The notes under the pieces: generated by a model
What the model was told of the DNA's origin: nothing
What the model saw: only the letters and a program-made list of their open reading frames with translations
Database searches by the model: none
In this document: in pieces, positions 9,556 to 18,209 of the stretch
How positions within the stretch are numbered: position 1 is the first letter of the stretch
Layout of the letters: every line of letters begins with the position of its first letter
Program-made: the position numbers and the translations under genes
From: Staphylothermus hellenicus DSM 12710
GTDB lineage: Archaea > Thermoproteota > Thermoprotei_A > Sulfolobales > Desulfurococcaceae
NCBI RefSeq assembly: GCF_000092465.1
Contig: NC_014205.1
Coordinates: 1,410,001 to 1,442,000 of the forward strand
Reading direction: 5' to 3'
DNA: 32,000 nt

Positions 9556-10421
9556 TCACCAAACCACCTTCTCAACGCTGTTAAAGCATAAGGAATAACT
9601 ATTACAAGCGATAACCCAAATATTACAACAGCTATAGCTGCACCATACGCGATGAACCTCATAGAAAATGTTGCATCCCACATATAGTTTGCAAGAACAT
9701 CAGTTGCAAGGCCCGGACCTCCACGAGTAGCAACAAATACTAGATCGAATAGTTTGAGGATAGCTAGTGAAAGCAATGGTATAGAGACTAGAAAACCAGA
9801 TTTGGATAATGGTAAAATTATTTTATAAAATATTTTGAAATCAGACGCCCCATCAATTTTAGCTGCTTCTATTATAGATTTATCAATACTTTTAATTGTA
9901 GCCTCGAAAATTACAACCGCGAAGCCTAAATAAAGCCATACTGTTACAAATATTAATGCATATAATGCTGTTTTAGGATCATCGATCCATCCATGCGAAA
10001 CCCTAAAACCTAAAGCATTAAGTATAGTATTTATCGCTCCCTCCCTACCATATATCCATACCCATATAGTTGCAGATACAACCATTGACATAGCAGTAGG
10101 AATCAAAAATACGGTTCTAAAAATAGTTTCTTTACCTGATATCACCATTAAATACGCTATTACTAATCCGAGAAAACTAGTTGGTATAACAAATATGAGT
10201 ATCCAAATAATATTGTTTCTAAAAGCGATCCAGAAACGTTGAGTACTGATCGCCCTCCGAAAATTCTCTAAACCAACAAAGTTAAAACTTGGCTTCATAC
10301 TCCACCAATCACTCATAGAAACATAGATCGTTTCTCCAATCATATAGTAGAGAACGGCTGTTATCAAAATTATTGGTCCAAGAAATAAAATGAAATCCCT
10401 AGTACTGACTAGCTTAGGCAA
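9552..10421 (-). CDS. Sugar ABC transporter permease (MalF-like)
   Basis: Polytopic protein with the EAA loop IEAAKIDGASDFKIFYKIILP. 4-nt overlap with the downstream permease. Confidence 0.85.
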   Translation of the reverse strand: MPKLVSTRDFILFLGPIILITAVLYYMIGETIYVSMSDWWSMKPSFNFVGLENFRRAISTQRFWIAFRNNIIWILIFVIPTSFLGLVIAYLMVISGKETIFRTVFLIPTAMSMVVSATIWVWIYGREGAINTILNALGFRVSHGWIDDPKTALYALIFVTVWLYLGFAVVIFEATIKSIDKSIIEAAKIDGASDFKIFYKIILPLSKSGFLVSIPLLSLAILKLFDLVFVATRGGPGLATDVLANYMWDATFSMRFIAYGAAIAVVIFGLSLVIVIPYALTALRRWFGE

Positions 10422-10481
10422 TTATATTCACCTAGCTAGACAAAACTATGTATAAAAAATTTTGTTTTTATGTTTAAAAAA

Positions 10482-11933
10482 TTACCTTTTAGTTATGAAA
10501 TGATCTATTGTATATCCCTCCCAGAATGAGACTAACCCGCTGGTTTCAACAGATTGTAGGATCTGTGTCAAAGCAGTATTTACAGCACTATCCACAGGTG
10601 TTCCAACACTTACTGCCGTCAACATGCTTGTTAATATATTATGTAGATCGGTCATGAACGCTTCCTTCGCAATGCCTCCGTGAACCGCACTTGGTATAAG
10701 CGTTGATTTCTGGAAGTCTTCAGCTGTCTCAGGCCTATACGGGTCGGGATATTCGGGCGATACATCAGTTCTGGCAGGTATTGAACCCTTTATTAAATTA
10801 AATTTCTCCTGTGCCTCCTTTGAACCAACAACCATTAACCAGTCTTTAGCGGCTTCAGGATGAGGCGCATTCTCAGGAAGCTCGAAGGAATCCGATAATA
10901 GTATGAATATATTCTTGGGGAATGGCGCTGCAGCCCAATCCTCTCCATACTTATAATTATTGGCAATATAGTATCCTGCAACCCAATCTCCATGAATATA
11001 CATAGCAGCTTTTCCTTCAGCAACTAATGCAGCCGCTTGATCCCATGTTAGCTCGGGATGGTTTGAATTAAATAATCCCTCCTTAGCCATTGTAGCCATG
11101 ACTGTTAATACCTTCTTCACAGTTTGGGCAACCGGATCGTTTGGATCATTATAGTTGAATTTGCCTGTAAAGAATTTTACATAGGTTTCCGGTCCACCTG
11201 CGTTTGCTAATAATACTTCAAATAAATGAGTCACCGGCCACTTATTTCTAGAAGCTAGTGCGATTGGAGCAATATCAGGTCTTTGTTGTTTAATATATCT
11301 TGCAACCTCTAATAATGTATCAATACTCCAGCTTCTAGGATCGCCAAATTTATCAATTATTCCAAGCTCATTAAAGATCTTCGGGTTATACCATAAGACA
11401 TTAGATCTGTGAACATTGATCGGAACAGCATAATAATGTCCGTTAAATTTACACATAGCCTGTAATGTTGAAGGAATAACTTTGTCAAGACCTAACTCGC
11501 TCCATATATCATCTATTGGAGCCAAATAGCCTGCATCAACATATTCTTTAAGCTCAGCTCCAGCGTGAACTTGGAAAGTATCAGGGGGGGTTCCTGCCGC
11601 TAATAACCCGATAATTACAGATTTCATTACAGATCCCGCACCACCTGCAACCGGGTTCTCAACGATCTGAATGTTAGGATAATTCTGCTTAAACACTTGA
11701 AACACAGCATTTATGGCTTCACGTTCTCCACCAGCTGTCCACCAATGATATATTACTAGCTCAGCCTGTGGAGGAGCGGTTGTAGTTGTAGTAGTGGTTG
11801 GTGGTGCCGTTGTAGTTGTAGCGGGTCCGGGTGTTCTAGACCAGCCCCACCAAGCAATTCCAGCAAGGATTCCTATTATAACTAGTAGTGTAATAATAAT
11901 AGCTGTAGACTTAGTTAAAGCTGAATAAGGCAT
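10482..11933 (-). CDS. Extracellular sugar-binding protein (CUT1 family) with N-terminal membrane anchor and Thr/Pro-rich linker
   Basis: First gene of the ABC operon. N-terminal hydrophobic helix, then the TTTTAPPTTTTTTTAPP linker, then a family-1 solute-binding fold signature (YHWWTAGGE..., GDW..., aromatic-rich). Confidence 0.8.
   Translation of the reverse strand: MPYSALTKSTAIIITLLVIIGILAGIAWWGWSRTPGPATTTTAPPTTTTTTTAPPQAELVIYHWWTAGGEREAINAVFQVFKQNYPNIQIVENPVAGGAGSVMKSVIIGLLAAGTPPDTFQVHAGAELKEYVDAGYLAPIDDIWSELGLDKVIPSTLQAMCKFNGHYYAVPINVHRSNVLWYNPKIFNELGIIDKFGDPRSWSIDTLLEVARYIKQQRPDIAPIALASRNKWPVTHLFEVLLANAGGPETYVKFFTGKFNYNDPNDPVAQTVKKVLTVMATMAKEGLFNSNHPELTWDQAAALVAEGKAAMYIHGDWVAGYYIANNYKYGEDWAAAPFPKNIFILLSDSFELPENAPHPEAAKDWLMVVGSKEAQEKFNLIKGSIPARTDVSPEYPDPYRPETAEDFQKSTLIPSAVHGGIAKEAFMTDLHNILTSMLTAVSVGTPVDSAVNTALTQILQSVETSGLVSFWEGYTIDHFITKR
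11769..11834 (-). repeat. Low-complexity (ACN)n coding tract giving the Thr/Pro linker TPGPATTTTAPPTTTTTTTAPP
   Basis: Read directly. The plus strand shows ggaggagcggttgtagttgtagtagtggttggtggtgccgttgtagttgtagc. Confidence 0.7.
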
Positions 11934-12109
11934 GTAATTTCACCGACCCCACATATGTTTCACGATAATTATATATAATACCGTAAAAAATATATTTTTC
12001 TTATCCATATTAAGACGCAACTACAGCAATTATAAACATGTCACTAGCCAATCGTTTGCCGAAATAAATATGCATAATCACAATATATATTATTATATTA
12101 TTGTATTTA

Positions 12110-12165
12110 TCAGCTGAGACAGGTTTATTCATCCCCTATATGGGTCTTTCCCGTGGAATCATCAT
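12110..12165 (-). ncRNA. Box C/D sRNA candidate
   Basis: Minus strand: AUGAUGA (12165-12159), then 12 nt UUCCACGGGAAA, then a weak D-prime GACC, then a loop. Next comes C-prime, either AUGAAUA (12132-12126) or GGGAUGA (12135-12129). Then 12 nt AACCUGUCUCAG and CUGA (12113-12110). The total of 56 nt is a typical archaeal size. Confidence 0.5.
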
Positions 12166-12317
12166 TCCTCTATATATTCAATTATTTCGTGGTAAGTGTT
12201 TCTTTTACAGTATGGGCAATAATGGTAGAGCTCTTTAAACTCTTTCTTCAATGGATAGCTTACTAGTAGCTTCCACTTATTCCCGCATGTTTTACATCGG
12301 AGTATCCAGTATGTCAT
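12162..12317 (-). CDS. Small zinc-ribbon protein, 51 aa (absent from the ORF track)
   Basis: Hand translation gives MTYWILRCKTCGNKWKLLVSYPLKKEFKELYHYCPYCKRNTYHEIIEYIEE. It has two CxxC pairs, and its ATG overlaps the TGA of the upstream ASCH gene (ATGA at 12317-12314). Confidence 0.5.
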   Translation of the reverse strand: MTYWILRCKTCGNKWKLLVSYPLKKEFKELYHYCPYCKRNTYHEIIEYIEE

Positions 12318-12931
12318 TTATTTCCCCTTCCAACCCTGATTATTCCTTTTTCGATCAGTTTATTGAGTGTTTTTCTTAAAACTTTTCTCACAATATATCT
12401 TTTATTAAGTGTTCCGAATAATCTTACCGCAGTTGATCGGATACTGCCCGTTCTCGTAAGATCCAATAGGATCTCCTTATCTTTTCCACCTAATTCGTCT
12501 TCTAAGTATCTCAGTGCTATGCGGGCAATGTCTGCTGGTGCTAGTCCTAGATATGGATCCTCGGTTTCTAAATGATCTAGTCTCTGAATAACCTTGAACT
12601 CGATAATTGTTACCCATTCATCATCTTTTATGCCTGGATAAACTTTTTTCAATTCATTAACTAGTTCTTCACGGCTGGAAAAACCATCTTTTACCGCATC
12701 TTCATCTGTTAATTCATGTAGGCGTTTATAGTATACTCTCTCAACATATATTTTCGCTATAGGTCTTCCTGCACCATGAACTATTATTTCTTTATATCTA
12801 GGTTTAACAATTCCTCTCCTAATAGTAGCTTTCTTCCTACCGCTGAGAATACCGTTTATATACTTTCCCTTAACCATTAGGTGTCTTCCAATAAACTTCC
12901 TAGATTCTCTAGTCGTCAAGTTACTCCCCAA
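12314..12931 (-). CDS. ASCH (PUA-like) domain protein with C-terminal helical/wHTH-like region
   Basis: INGILSGRKKATIRRG near the N-terminus is the typical ASCH opening motif. A TTG start at 12931 sits ~25 nt downstream of an AATATTTTTAG TATA-like element and could be leaderless. The alternative start is ATG at 12877 (MVKGKY...). Confidence 0.7.
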   Translation of the reverse strand: MGSNLTTRESRKFIGRHLMVKGKYINGILSGRKKATIRRGIVKPRYKEIIVHGAGRPIAKIYVERVYYKRLHELTDEDAVKDGFSSREELVNELKKVYPGIKDDEWVTIIEFKVIQRLDHLETEDPYLGLAPADIARIALRYLEDELGGKDKEILLDLTRTGSIRSTAVRLFGTLNKRYIVRKVLRKTLNKLIEKGIIRVGRGNK

Positions 12932-12973
12932 TCATTGAGAAGACTTAGCTAAAAATATTGCTAATAAAGTATT

Positions 12974-14818
12974 TTATGCATGATAACTAGGTATAGGTCT
13001 CTTACTCAGGTACTTAGGCATTGTTAAGGATACTCTGGGATAATTCTTTGTTTCCTCCTCTAAGATCCTTATCAGCTCATCGGTAACCATGACTTTTTGA
13101 TCATTTGTTCTCCTTATTCTAACATTTATAGTATTACTCTTAACTTCTCTTTCACCAATGACTACTATGTATGGTATCCATTCCCTACCAGCATCCCTTA
13201 TCTTTTTCCCTAGGCTCTCACCACGATCATCTATATCTACTCTAAACCCGGCATTCTCTATTTTCTCAGCAACTTTTTCTGCATAATCCAAGTATTTGTT
13301 CTTTATAGGTATAATCCTAACCTGCACCGGGGCCAGCCATGTCGGTATATATGGAGTCTTACCCTCCCTCTCCATTAATGCTGCTGTATCAAATATTGTA
13401 TATATGAATCTCTCAATGCCGCCAATAATTGCTGTATGTATGATTACAGGATGATGTTTTTCCCCTTTCTCATCAGTATATGTAATATTGAATCTTTTAC
13501 CATTACCAATATCTATCTGGAACGTTGCGATTTCACGCGGCCTATTCAGATTATCTATAATATGATACTCAACATTTAATACCCAATAATATATTCCACT
13601 AGGTATGACAGACACTAGTACTGGATAATTTTCTCTACGCACAAACTCTATGAGAACATCTCGGTGCTTCTCGAAGAAATCACTGGTAACATTATATAGT
13701 GCTACATATTTTCTACCAATCTTAGCTATTTCTTCAAGGATCTTATCCTGCACTATACGTGACATCTTAATTGCTTCATCTAGATCCTTATTCAAGATAT
13801 GTAGATCGGGCATATAGAATTTTCTAAGTCTAAAACATAGATTAAGTTCTCCTCTCTGCTCAAGACGATAACTATCAGCTACTTCAAACATTCCAAAGGG
13901 CAGATTCTTATAACTAATAATCCAATCCCTCAACATAGCGAATTGTTGGTGGCAAGCAGCATATCTCAATACAAATTTCTCATTATCTACTTTAAGCTCA
14001 TATAGTCTATCACCAAATAATAGAGCATGCTCGAGAACAGGTTTTTCCGATAAATTAAACATATTGGTACCCATAACCCTATATACTGGTATTCCCAAAC
14101 TTCTCACAACATTCCATGAATACTGCATAATGGAATCCATTATAACTACTGCATGAGGCCCATACCTCATATGTCCATGATCACTCATGGGTTCCCATTC
14201 GAACCCGAACTTTCTACAGTAATCATTTACCCTATTAACTCCGCCAGGAAGTTCCTTTCCAAAAACTTCTTTGTCAACAAGTATTTTTAGATCAGGATAT
14301 TTATCGTAGTCGAATTTTTCCGGATCATAAACTTTACCATCCGGCGTCAATATATAGAATTCCTTCTTTAGTTCCCGCCTAACAACTTCTCCGCCTTCAG
14401 TGATTCTTATCGTTTTAGATAGCTCACTTAATGGATGACCGTAGCAGTCAAGCATGAATTCCTTATACCATCCAAAAGGTGCTCTACGAACTTCCAGATC
14501 TATTCTACTACGTAGCCTCTGCTCCAACAACTTCATAATTTCTAATGCTTGACTAGGTGATGCTAGATCAGATGATAGATGAGCATATGGATACAACAAT
14601 ATTGTTTTCGGCTTAACCCTATTAGCCACATCCAGTATTTCAGCAACAGCTTTCTCAACAACTTTATCATTATCCCCCTCCTCAACACTTGTAAAGACAA
14701 CTAAAACATTCTCGAAGAAACCCTCCTTATTTTCACCGGTAAGCGCCTCTGGTTTGTCTAGAGCTTGCGATAATGCTTTATAACGGAATTTCCTAGCATG
14801 TATTGTCAATATCCTCAA
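12974..14818 (-). CDS. thrS: Threonyl-tRNA synthetase, full-length archaeal type with N-terminal editing domain
   Basis: The N-terminal MRILTIHARKFRYK resembles the archaeal DTD-like editing domain. The class II core has AACHQQF (Zn Cys), YRLEQRGEL...MPDLHIL (motif 2 and Zn His) and PVIIHTAIIGGIERF (Zn His and motif 3). A C-terminal anticodon-binding domain follows. TTG start. Confidence 0.92.
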   Translation of the reverse strand: MRILTIHARKFRYKALSQALDKPEALTGENKEGFFENVLVVFTSVEEGDNDKVVEKAVAEILDVANRVKPKTILLYPYAHLSSDLASPSQALEIMKLLEQRLRSRIDLEVRRAPFGWYKEFMLDCYGHPLSELSKTIRITEGGEVVRRELKKEFYILTPDGKVYDPEKFDYDKYPDLKILVDKEVFGKELPGGVNRVNDYCRKFGFEWEPMSDHGHMRYGPHAVVIMDSIMQYSWNVVRSLGIPVYRVMGTNMFNLSEKPVLEHALLFGDRLYELKVDNEKFVLRYAACHQQFAMLRDWIISYKNLPFGMFEVADSYRLEQRGELNLCFRLRKFYMPDLHILNKDLDEAIKMSRIVQDKILEEIAKIGRKYVALYNVTSDFFEKHRDVLIEFVRRENYPVLVSVIPSGIYYWVLNVEYHIIDNLNRPREIATFQIDIGNGKRFNITYTDEKGEKHHPVIIHTAIIGGIERFIYTIFDTAALMEREGKTPYIPTWLAPVQVRIIPIKNKYLDYAEKVAEKIENAGFRVDIDDRGESLGKKIRDAGREWIPYIVVIGEREVKSNTINVRIRRTNDQKVMVTDELIRILEEETKNYPRVSLTMPKYLSKRPIPSYHA

Positions 14819-14906
14819 TTAATATACACCACACAACACTTCTTGCTTAGTAATTTTCATATTAAGTATACTAGATAAAAATCTTCTATTCCAAAACATG
14901 CCCTGA

Positions 14907-15347
14907 TCAAATAACTGTGCTTGGTTGTTGACCCGTCTTATCTCTAGACTGCATAGATTGGATCTGTGGTAGTCCAGGTAATGGTGGAGGTACACCCAGG
15001 GATCTGGTCAGCAATATACTTTCTGCAAGCATATTTGTGAAAACTGCTTGCATAATTGGAGGCGGGATCTTCTTATTCCTAATATCTTTTTTAAGCTTCT
15101 CTAACTCGTTTTTATCAGTAGTGATAACAATAGCGTTTCCCTTCAATACTATCTGTACAACAGGAGGCATAGATGAGACGGTGAAGGTGAATGGTATAAG
15201 GTATTTATTATTTCTCCTATACGGATTACTAGCTGGTAGTGCTAAGTTAACGTTGAACTGTATTTTTGGAGGCAGATTCTCAGATAACCTCTCCGCATTG
15301 ATGCTTGAAAGCTGAACTGATACAGTAAACAATTCTGCACCCCTCAT
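14907..15347 (-). CDS. Hypothetical protein, 146 aa, beta-rich core with Pro/Gln-rich C-terminal tail
   Basis: Long ORF divergent from radA with coding-like composition. No family assigned; see the finding on a weak SecB-like pattern. Confidence 0.5.
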   Translation of the reverse strand: MRGAELFTVSVQLSSINAERLSENLPPKIQFNVNLALPASNPYRRNNKYLIPFTFTVSSMPPVVQIVLKGNAIVITTDKNELEKLKKDIRNKKIPPPIMQAVFTNMLAESILLTRSLGVPPPLPGLPQIQSMQSRDKTGQQPSTVI

Positions 15348-15450
15348 CTTATATGAAATAATATAGCCTATTATATTGATAAACGACTATATTTATTAAC
15401 CCATATACTTATACTAAACGTGAGTAGTGCAGCGAAAGTATTATAGGTCT

Positions 15451-15459
15451 ATTTATAAA
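15451..15459 (+). promoter_or_regulatory. TATA-like element upstream of radA
   Basis: ATTTATAAA is centred ~30 nt upstream of the radA ATG (15485), consistent with a short-leader or leaderless archaeal promoter. Confidence 0.35.
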
Positions 15460-15484
15460 CACTATATATTGGGTTGGGGATAAA

Positions 15485-16444
15485 ATGGCTAAGGAGAAAG
15501 AAGTCAAATCCATAAGAGATATTCCAGGCGTAGGCCCAAGCATAGCTAATAAACTAGAATCTGCAGGATTCACAACACCATGGGCAATAGTTGTAAGCCG
15601 TGCAGAAGAACTAGCTGAAAAAGTAGGAATACCCCTGCACACGGCAGAAAGAATAATAGTTAATACTAGAAAACTACTAGGCATAAGATTCAAAACAGCT
15701 AAAGAAGTCAAACTCGAGAGACTAAGCGTTAGAAAAATAACCACAGGCAGCAAGAACCTAGACGATCTATTAGGAGGAGGTATTGAGACAAAAACAATAA
15801 CAGAATTCTACGGAGAATACGGCACCGGGAAAACACAGATATGCCACCAGCTAAGCGTTAGTGTACAGCTACCACCCGAGAGAGGGGGATTAGCTGGTAA
15901 AGCTGTCTATGTAGATACTGAGGGAACTTTTAGATGGGAAAGAATAGAAGCTATGGCTAGAGGACTGGGCCTAGATCCAGATGAGGCAATGGAGAACATT
16001 TATTATCAAAGAGCATATAATAGCGATCACCAAATAGCTATAGTTGAAGAACTATTCTCATTCGTTCCAGAACATGATGCTAAACTAGTAGTAATAGATT
16101 CCGTAACAAGCCATTTCAGAGCAGAATATCCTGGAAGAGAAAACCTAGCAACAAGACAACAGAAACTCAACAAGCACTTACACCAACTAGTAAGACTCGC
16201 TGAAGCATATAATATCGCAGTAGTAGTAACAAACCAAGTAATGGCTAGACCAGATGTATTCTATGGAGACCCAACACAGGCAGTTGGAGGACACGTGTTA
16301 GCTCACACTCCAGGTGTTAGAATCCAGTTGAGAAAAGCTAAGGGACACAAACGCATAGCAAGAGTAGTAGATGCACCACACCTCCCAGAAGGAGAAGCCA
16401 TATTCGTAATAGTTGATGAAGGAATACGTGATCCTGAAGAATAA
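15485..16444 (+). CDS. radA: DNA repair and recombination protein RadA
   Basis: N-terminal HhH ([17 protein letters not shown]), Walker [10 protein letters not shown], Walker B KLVVIDSV, and AVVVTNQV. Confidence 0.95.
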   Translation: MAKEKEVKSIRDIPGVGPSIANKLESAGFTTPWAIVVSRAEELAEKVGIPLHTAERIIVNTRKLLGIRFKTAKEVKLERLSVRKITTGSKNLDDLLGGGIETKTITEFYGEYGTGKTQICHQLSVSVQLPPERGGLAGKAVYVDTEGTFRWERIEAMARGLGLDPDEAMENIYYQRAYNSDHQIAIVEELFSFVPEHDAKLVVIDSVTSHFRAEYPGRENLATRQQKLNKHLHQLVRLAEAYNIAVVVTNQVMARPDVFYGDPTQAVGGHVLAHTPGVRIQLRKAKGHKRIARVVDAPHLPEGEAIFVIVDEGIRDPEE

Positions 16445-16451
16445 AAGTAGA

Positions 16452-17267
16452 CTATATTATAAACTTGAGAAACAACAATAACGGATAATCCCCTACAATC
16501 AATAACATGATTAACCCAAACAATAATAGGACAATGTATGGAATACCATAAGTTACCCATATATAATTGCTTGGAGAAATCTTGCCTTTACCAATTAAGC
16601 GCTTAAGGTTTTCATGGTGATCAATATAGTCTTCTTCAACATTAAAGGAGCTCCTATAAATTACTTTAACACCCTGGTCGGTTTCTTTGAAAACCATTAA
16701 TGGATAATAATGTTTTTTCCTCAAATAATCCGATACCTTCATAGGTGTACCAGTAAGCAAATATACAAGTTTAAGTAAATAACCACTATTTCTAGGAAGC
16801 TTATCTCGATGAACCAGCAATACATAGATTATTTTGAAAGGCAAATACACCAAATACACAATAGTAGAATACAGTATTATGACAAAAATCGGGGGAACAT
16901 GTATACCCCCCACACTACTAGCTAGCAGAGAATACTTATAAACATCCGTGTAAGGAAACAAAAAAGCAAGCGAAACAATAGCTATTACATCTGCAGAACC
17001 CATATAGCCTAGGAAATAAAGTGCTAAAGGAACCCCTCCACCAAACAATAATGACATCACTATAAAACTCATAAGAAACCATGTAATCTCATACCATGTA
17101 ATAGTAAAGATAAACAGTACAATACTAGCTCCCAGAAAAAACCACACATAAATACCCGGTATATCCCGATACTTAATATCATATATGGAAAAAATAGATA
17201 AAACAATTAGAGAAAATGCTATTTTAACTAAATCAATCAATACACGAATATCTAAGGGTACAGTCAT
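16452..17267 (-). CDS. Type IV prepilin/preflagellin peptidase (A24 family, PibD/FlaK-like)
   Basis: The first catalytic Asp context is SIYDIKYRDIPG and the second is YMGSADVIA (GxHyD type). The protein is polytopic with a soluble insert before the last TM helices, as in FlaK. The ORF extends to 17357, but ATG at 17267 (MTVPLDIRV...) is the more plausible start. Confidence 0.7.
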   Translation of the reverse strand: MTVPLDIRVLIDLVKIAFSLIVLSIFSIYDIKYRDIPGIYVWFFLGASIVLFIFTITWYEITWFLMSFIVMSLLFGGGVPLALYFLGYMGSADVIAIVSLAFLFPYTDVYKYSLLASSVGGIHVPPIFVIILYSTIVYLVYLPFKIIYVLLVHRDKLPRNSGYLLKLVYLLTGTPMKVSDYLRKKHYYPLMVFKETDQGVKVIYRSSFNVEEDYIDHHENLKRLIGKGKISPSNYIWVTYGIPYIVLLLFGLIMLLIVGDYPLLLFLKFII

Positions 17268-17304
17268 GAACAAACACCCAGCATTAAACATTATAAGCAC
17301 TGAT

Positions 17305-17637
17305 ATGAAAAGCCGCAATATAAAAAATGTTCTTAAAAGAATAAAACCATTAACCAAAAATAAGATTTCCCTCTATATCATCTTTGAAAATAATGCCAAA
17401 TACATAGTTCTAGCATATGATAAACCCGTCACTAAATACTATAAGAGGAAAACAATAGATTATCTAAGTGGTTTAACAGTTAATCTTAAAGAAGCAAGTA
17501 TCCTCCATGGAAACAAAGTATTTATACGAATATATTGGGACGGCACCTATTTTAGGATAAAAACAATTGATTCACCACTAATAATTAAAATAGTTGCAGA
17601 TATAAACAATAATCTACTAGAATATTTCATGGTGTAA
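17305..17637 (+). CDS. Hypothetical small protein (~110 aa) upstream of the HIT gene
   Basis: In the ORF-track frame 17185..17637, the first 80-120 nt overlap the peptidase gene, so an internal ATG at 17305 (or 17266) is assumed. The ORF ends 6 nt before the HIT start. There are no recognisable motifs and the composition is AT-biased. Confidence 0.3.
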   Translation: MKSRNIKNVLKRIKPLTKNKISLYIIFENNAKYIVLAYDKPVTKYYKRKTIDYLSGLTVNLKEASILHGNKVFIRIYWDGTYFRIKTIDSPLIIKIVADINNNLLEYFMV

Positions 17638-17643
17638 TAGAAA

Positions 17644-18126
17644 TTGTACCGAATACTCTGGAATCCCTGGAGATACGAATATATTCGTTCCACATTAAAG
17701 CCTAGGAGGAAATGCGTATTCTGTGAATTACCTAAGAAAAAAGATGAGGAAGCATATATTGTTTACAGAGGAAAATACTCCTATGTAGTACTCAATGCTT
17801 ACCCATATAATAGTGGGCACTTACTTATAGTTCCATATAAACATACGCCTTCAATAGAGGATCTAGAGCCGGAAATTCTAATGGAGATGATAGAATTACT
17901 TAATAAATCCATAAAAACACTACGTAAATCATTTACCCCAGACGGTTTCAACATAGGATTAAATATTGGAAGAGCTGCAGGTGCGGGTGTAGAGGAACAT
18001 GTACACATACACGTTGTTCCTAGATGGGTTGGAGACTCAAACTTTATGGCTATAATTGCTTCAACAAAAACACTGCCTATTAGCCTGCAAAAAACATATA
18101 GGATAATAAGGGAAAACTGGGAATGA
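17644..18126 (+). CDS. HIT-family nucleotide hydrolase/transferase
   Basis: Histidine triad HVHIHVVPR, N-terminal WNPWRYEYI, TTG start with GGTG ~10 nt upstream. Confidence 0.85.
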   Translation: MYRILWNPWRYEYIRSTLKPRRKCVFCELPKKKDEEAYIVYRGKYSYVVLNAYPYNSGHLLIVPYKHTPSIEDLEPEILMEMIELLNKSIKTLRKSFTPDGFNIGLNIGRAAGAGVEEHVHIHVVPRWVGDSNFMAIIASTKTLPISLQKTYRIIRENWE

Positions 18127-18133
18127 ATATTAA

Positions 18134-18187
18134 TGGTGAAGAAGCCCTCGATCACTGATTAGTGATGAAGGCAGGGTTTAGCTGAAA
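18134..18187 (+). ncRNA. Box C/D sRNA candidate
   Basis: GUGAAGA (18136-18142), 12 nt AGCCCUCGAUCA, CUGA (18155-18158), loop UUA, GUGAUGA (18162-18168), 13 nt AGGCAGGGUUUAG, CUGA (18182-18185). It starts 8-10 nt after the HIT stop. Confidence 0.45.
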
Positions 18188-18209
18188 AATAATACATAGG
18201 TGAATAAAA

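Noticed and set aside
12974-14818. Possibility that this ThrRS is the editing-only or catalytically dead paralogue of the split ThrRS systems known in some Crenarchaeota.
   Set aside because: The Zn-ligand Cys and both His residues, the motif 2 Arg and motif 3 GGIERF all appear intact, and the editing, catalytic and anticodon-binding domains are all present.
16412-16445. UUGAUGA-N14-CUGA (or AUGAAGG-N11-CUGA) at the 3' end of radA.
   Set aside because: It is only a half-unit. No second box pair lies downstream (the next candidate is UUGAGA) and it sits in conserved coding sequence.
16452-17267. GSAD instead of GxGD in the prepilin peptidase, considered as a possible inactivating change.
   Set aside because: Archaeal PibD/FlaK enzymes, as I recall, use a GxHyD motif with a hydrophobic residue at that position, so GSAD fits an active enzyme.
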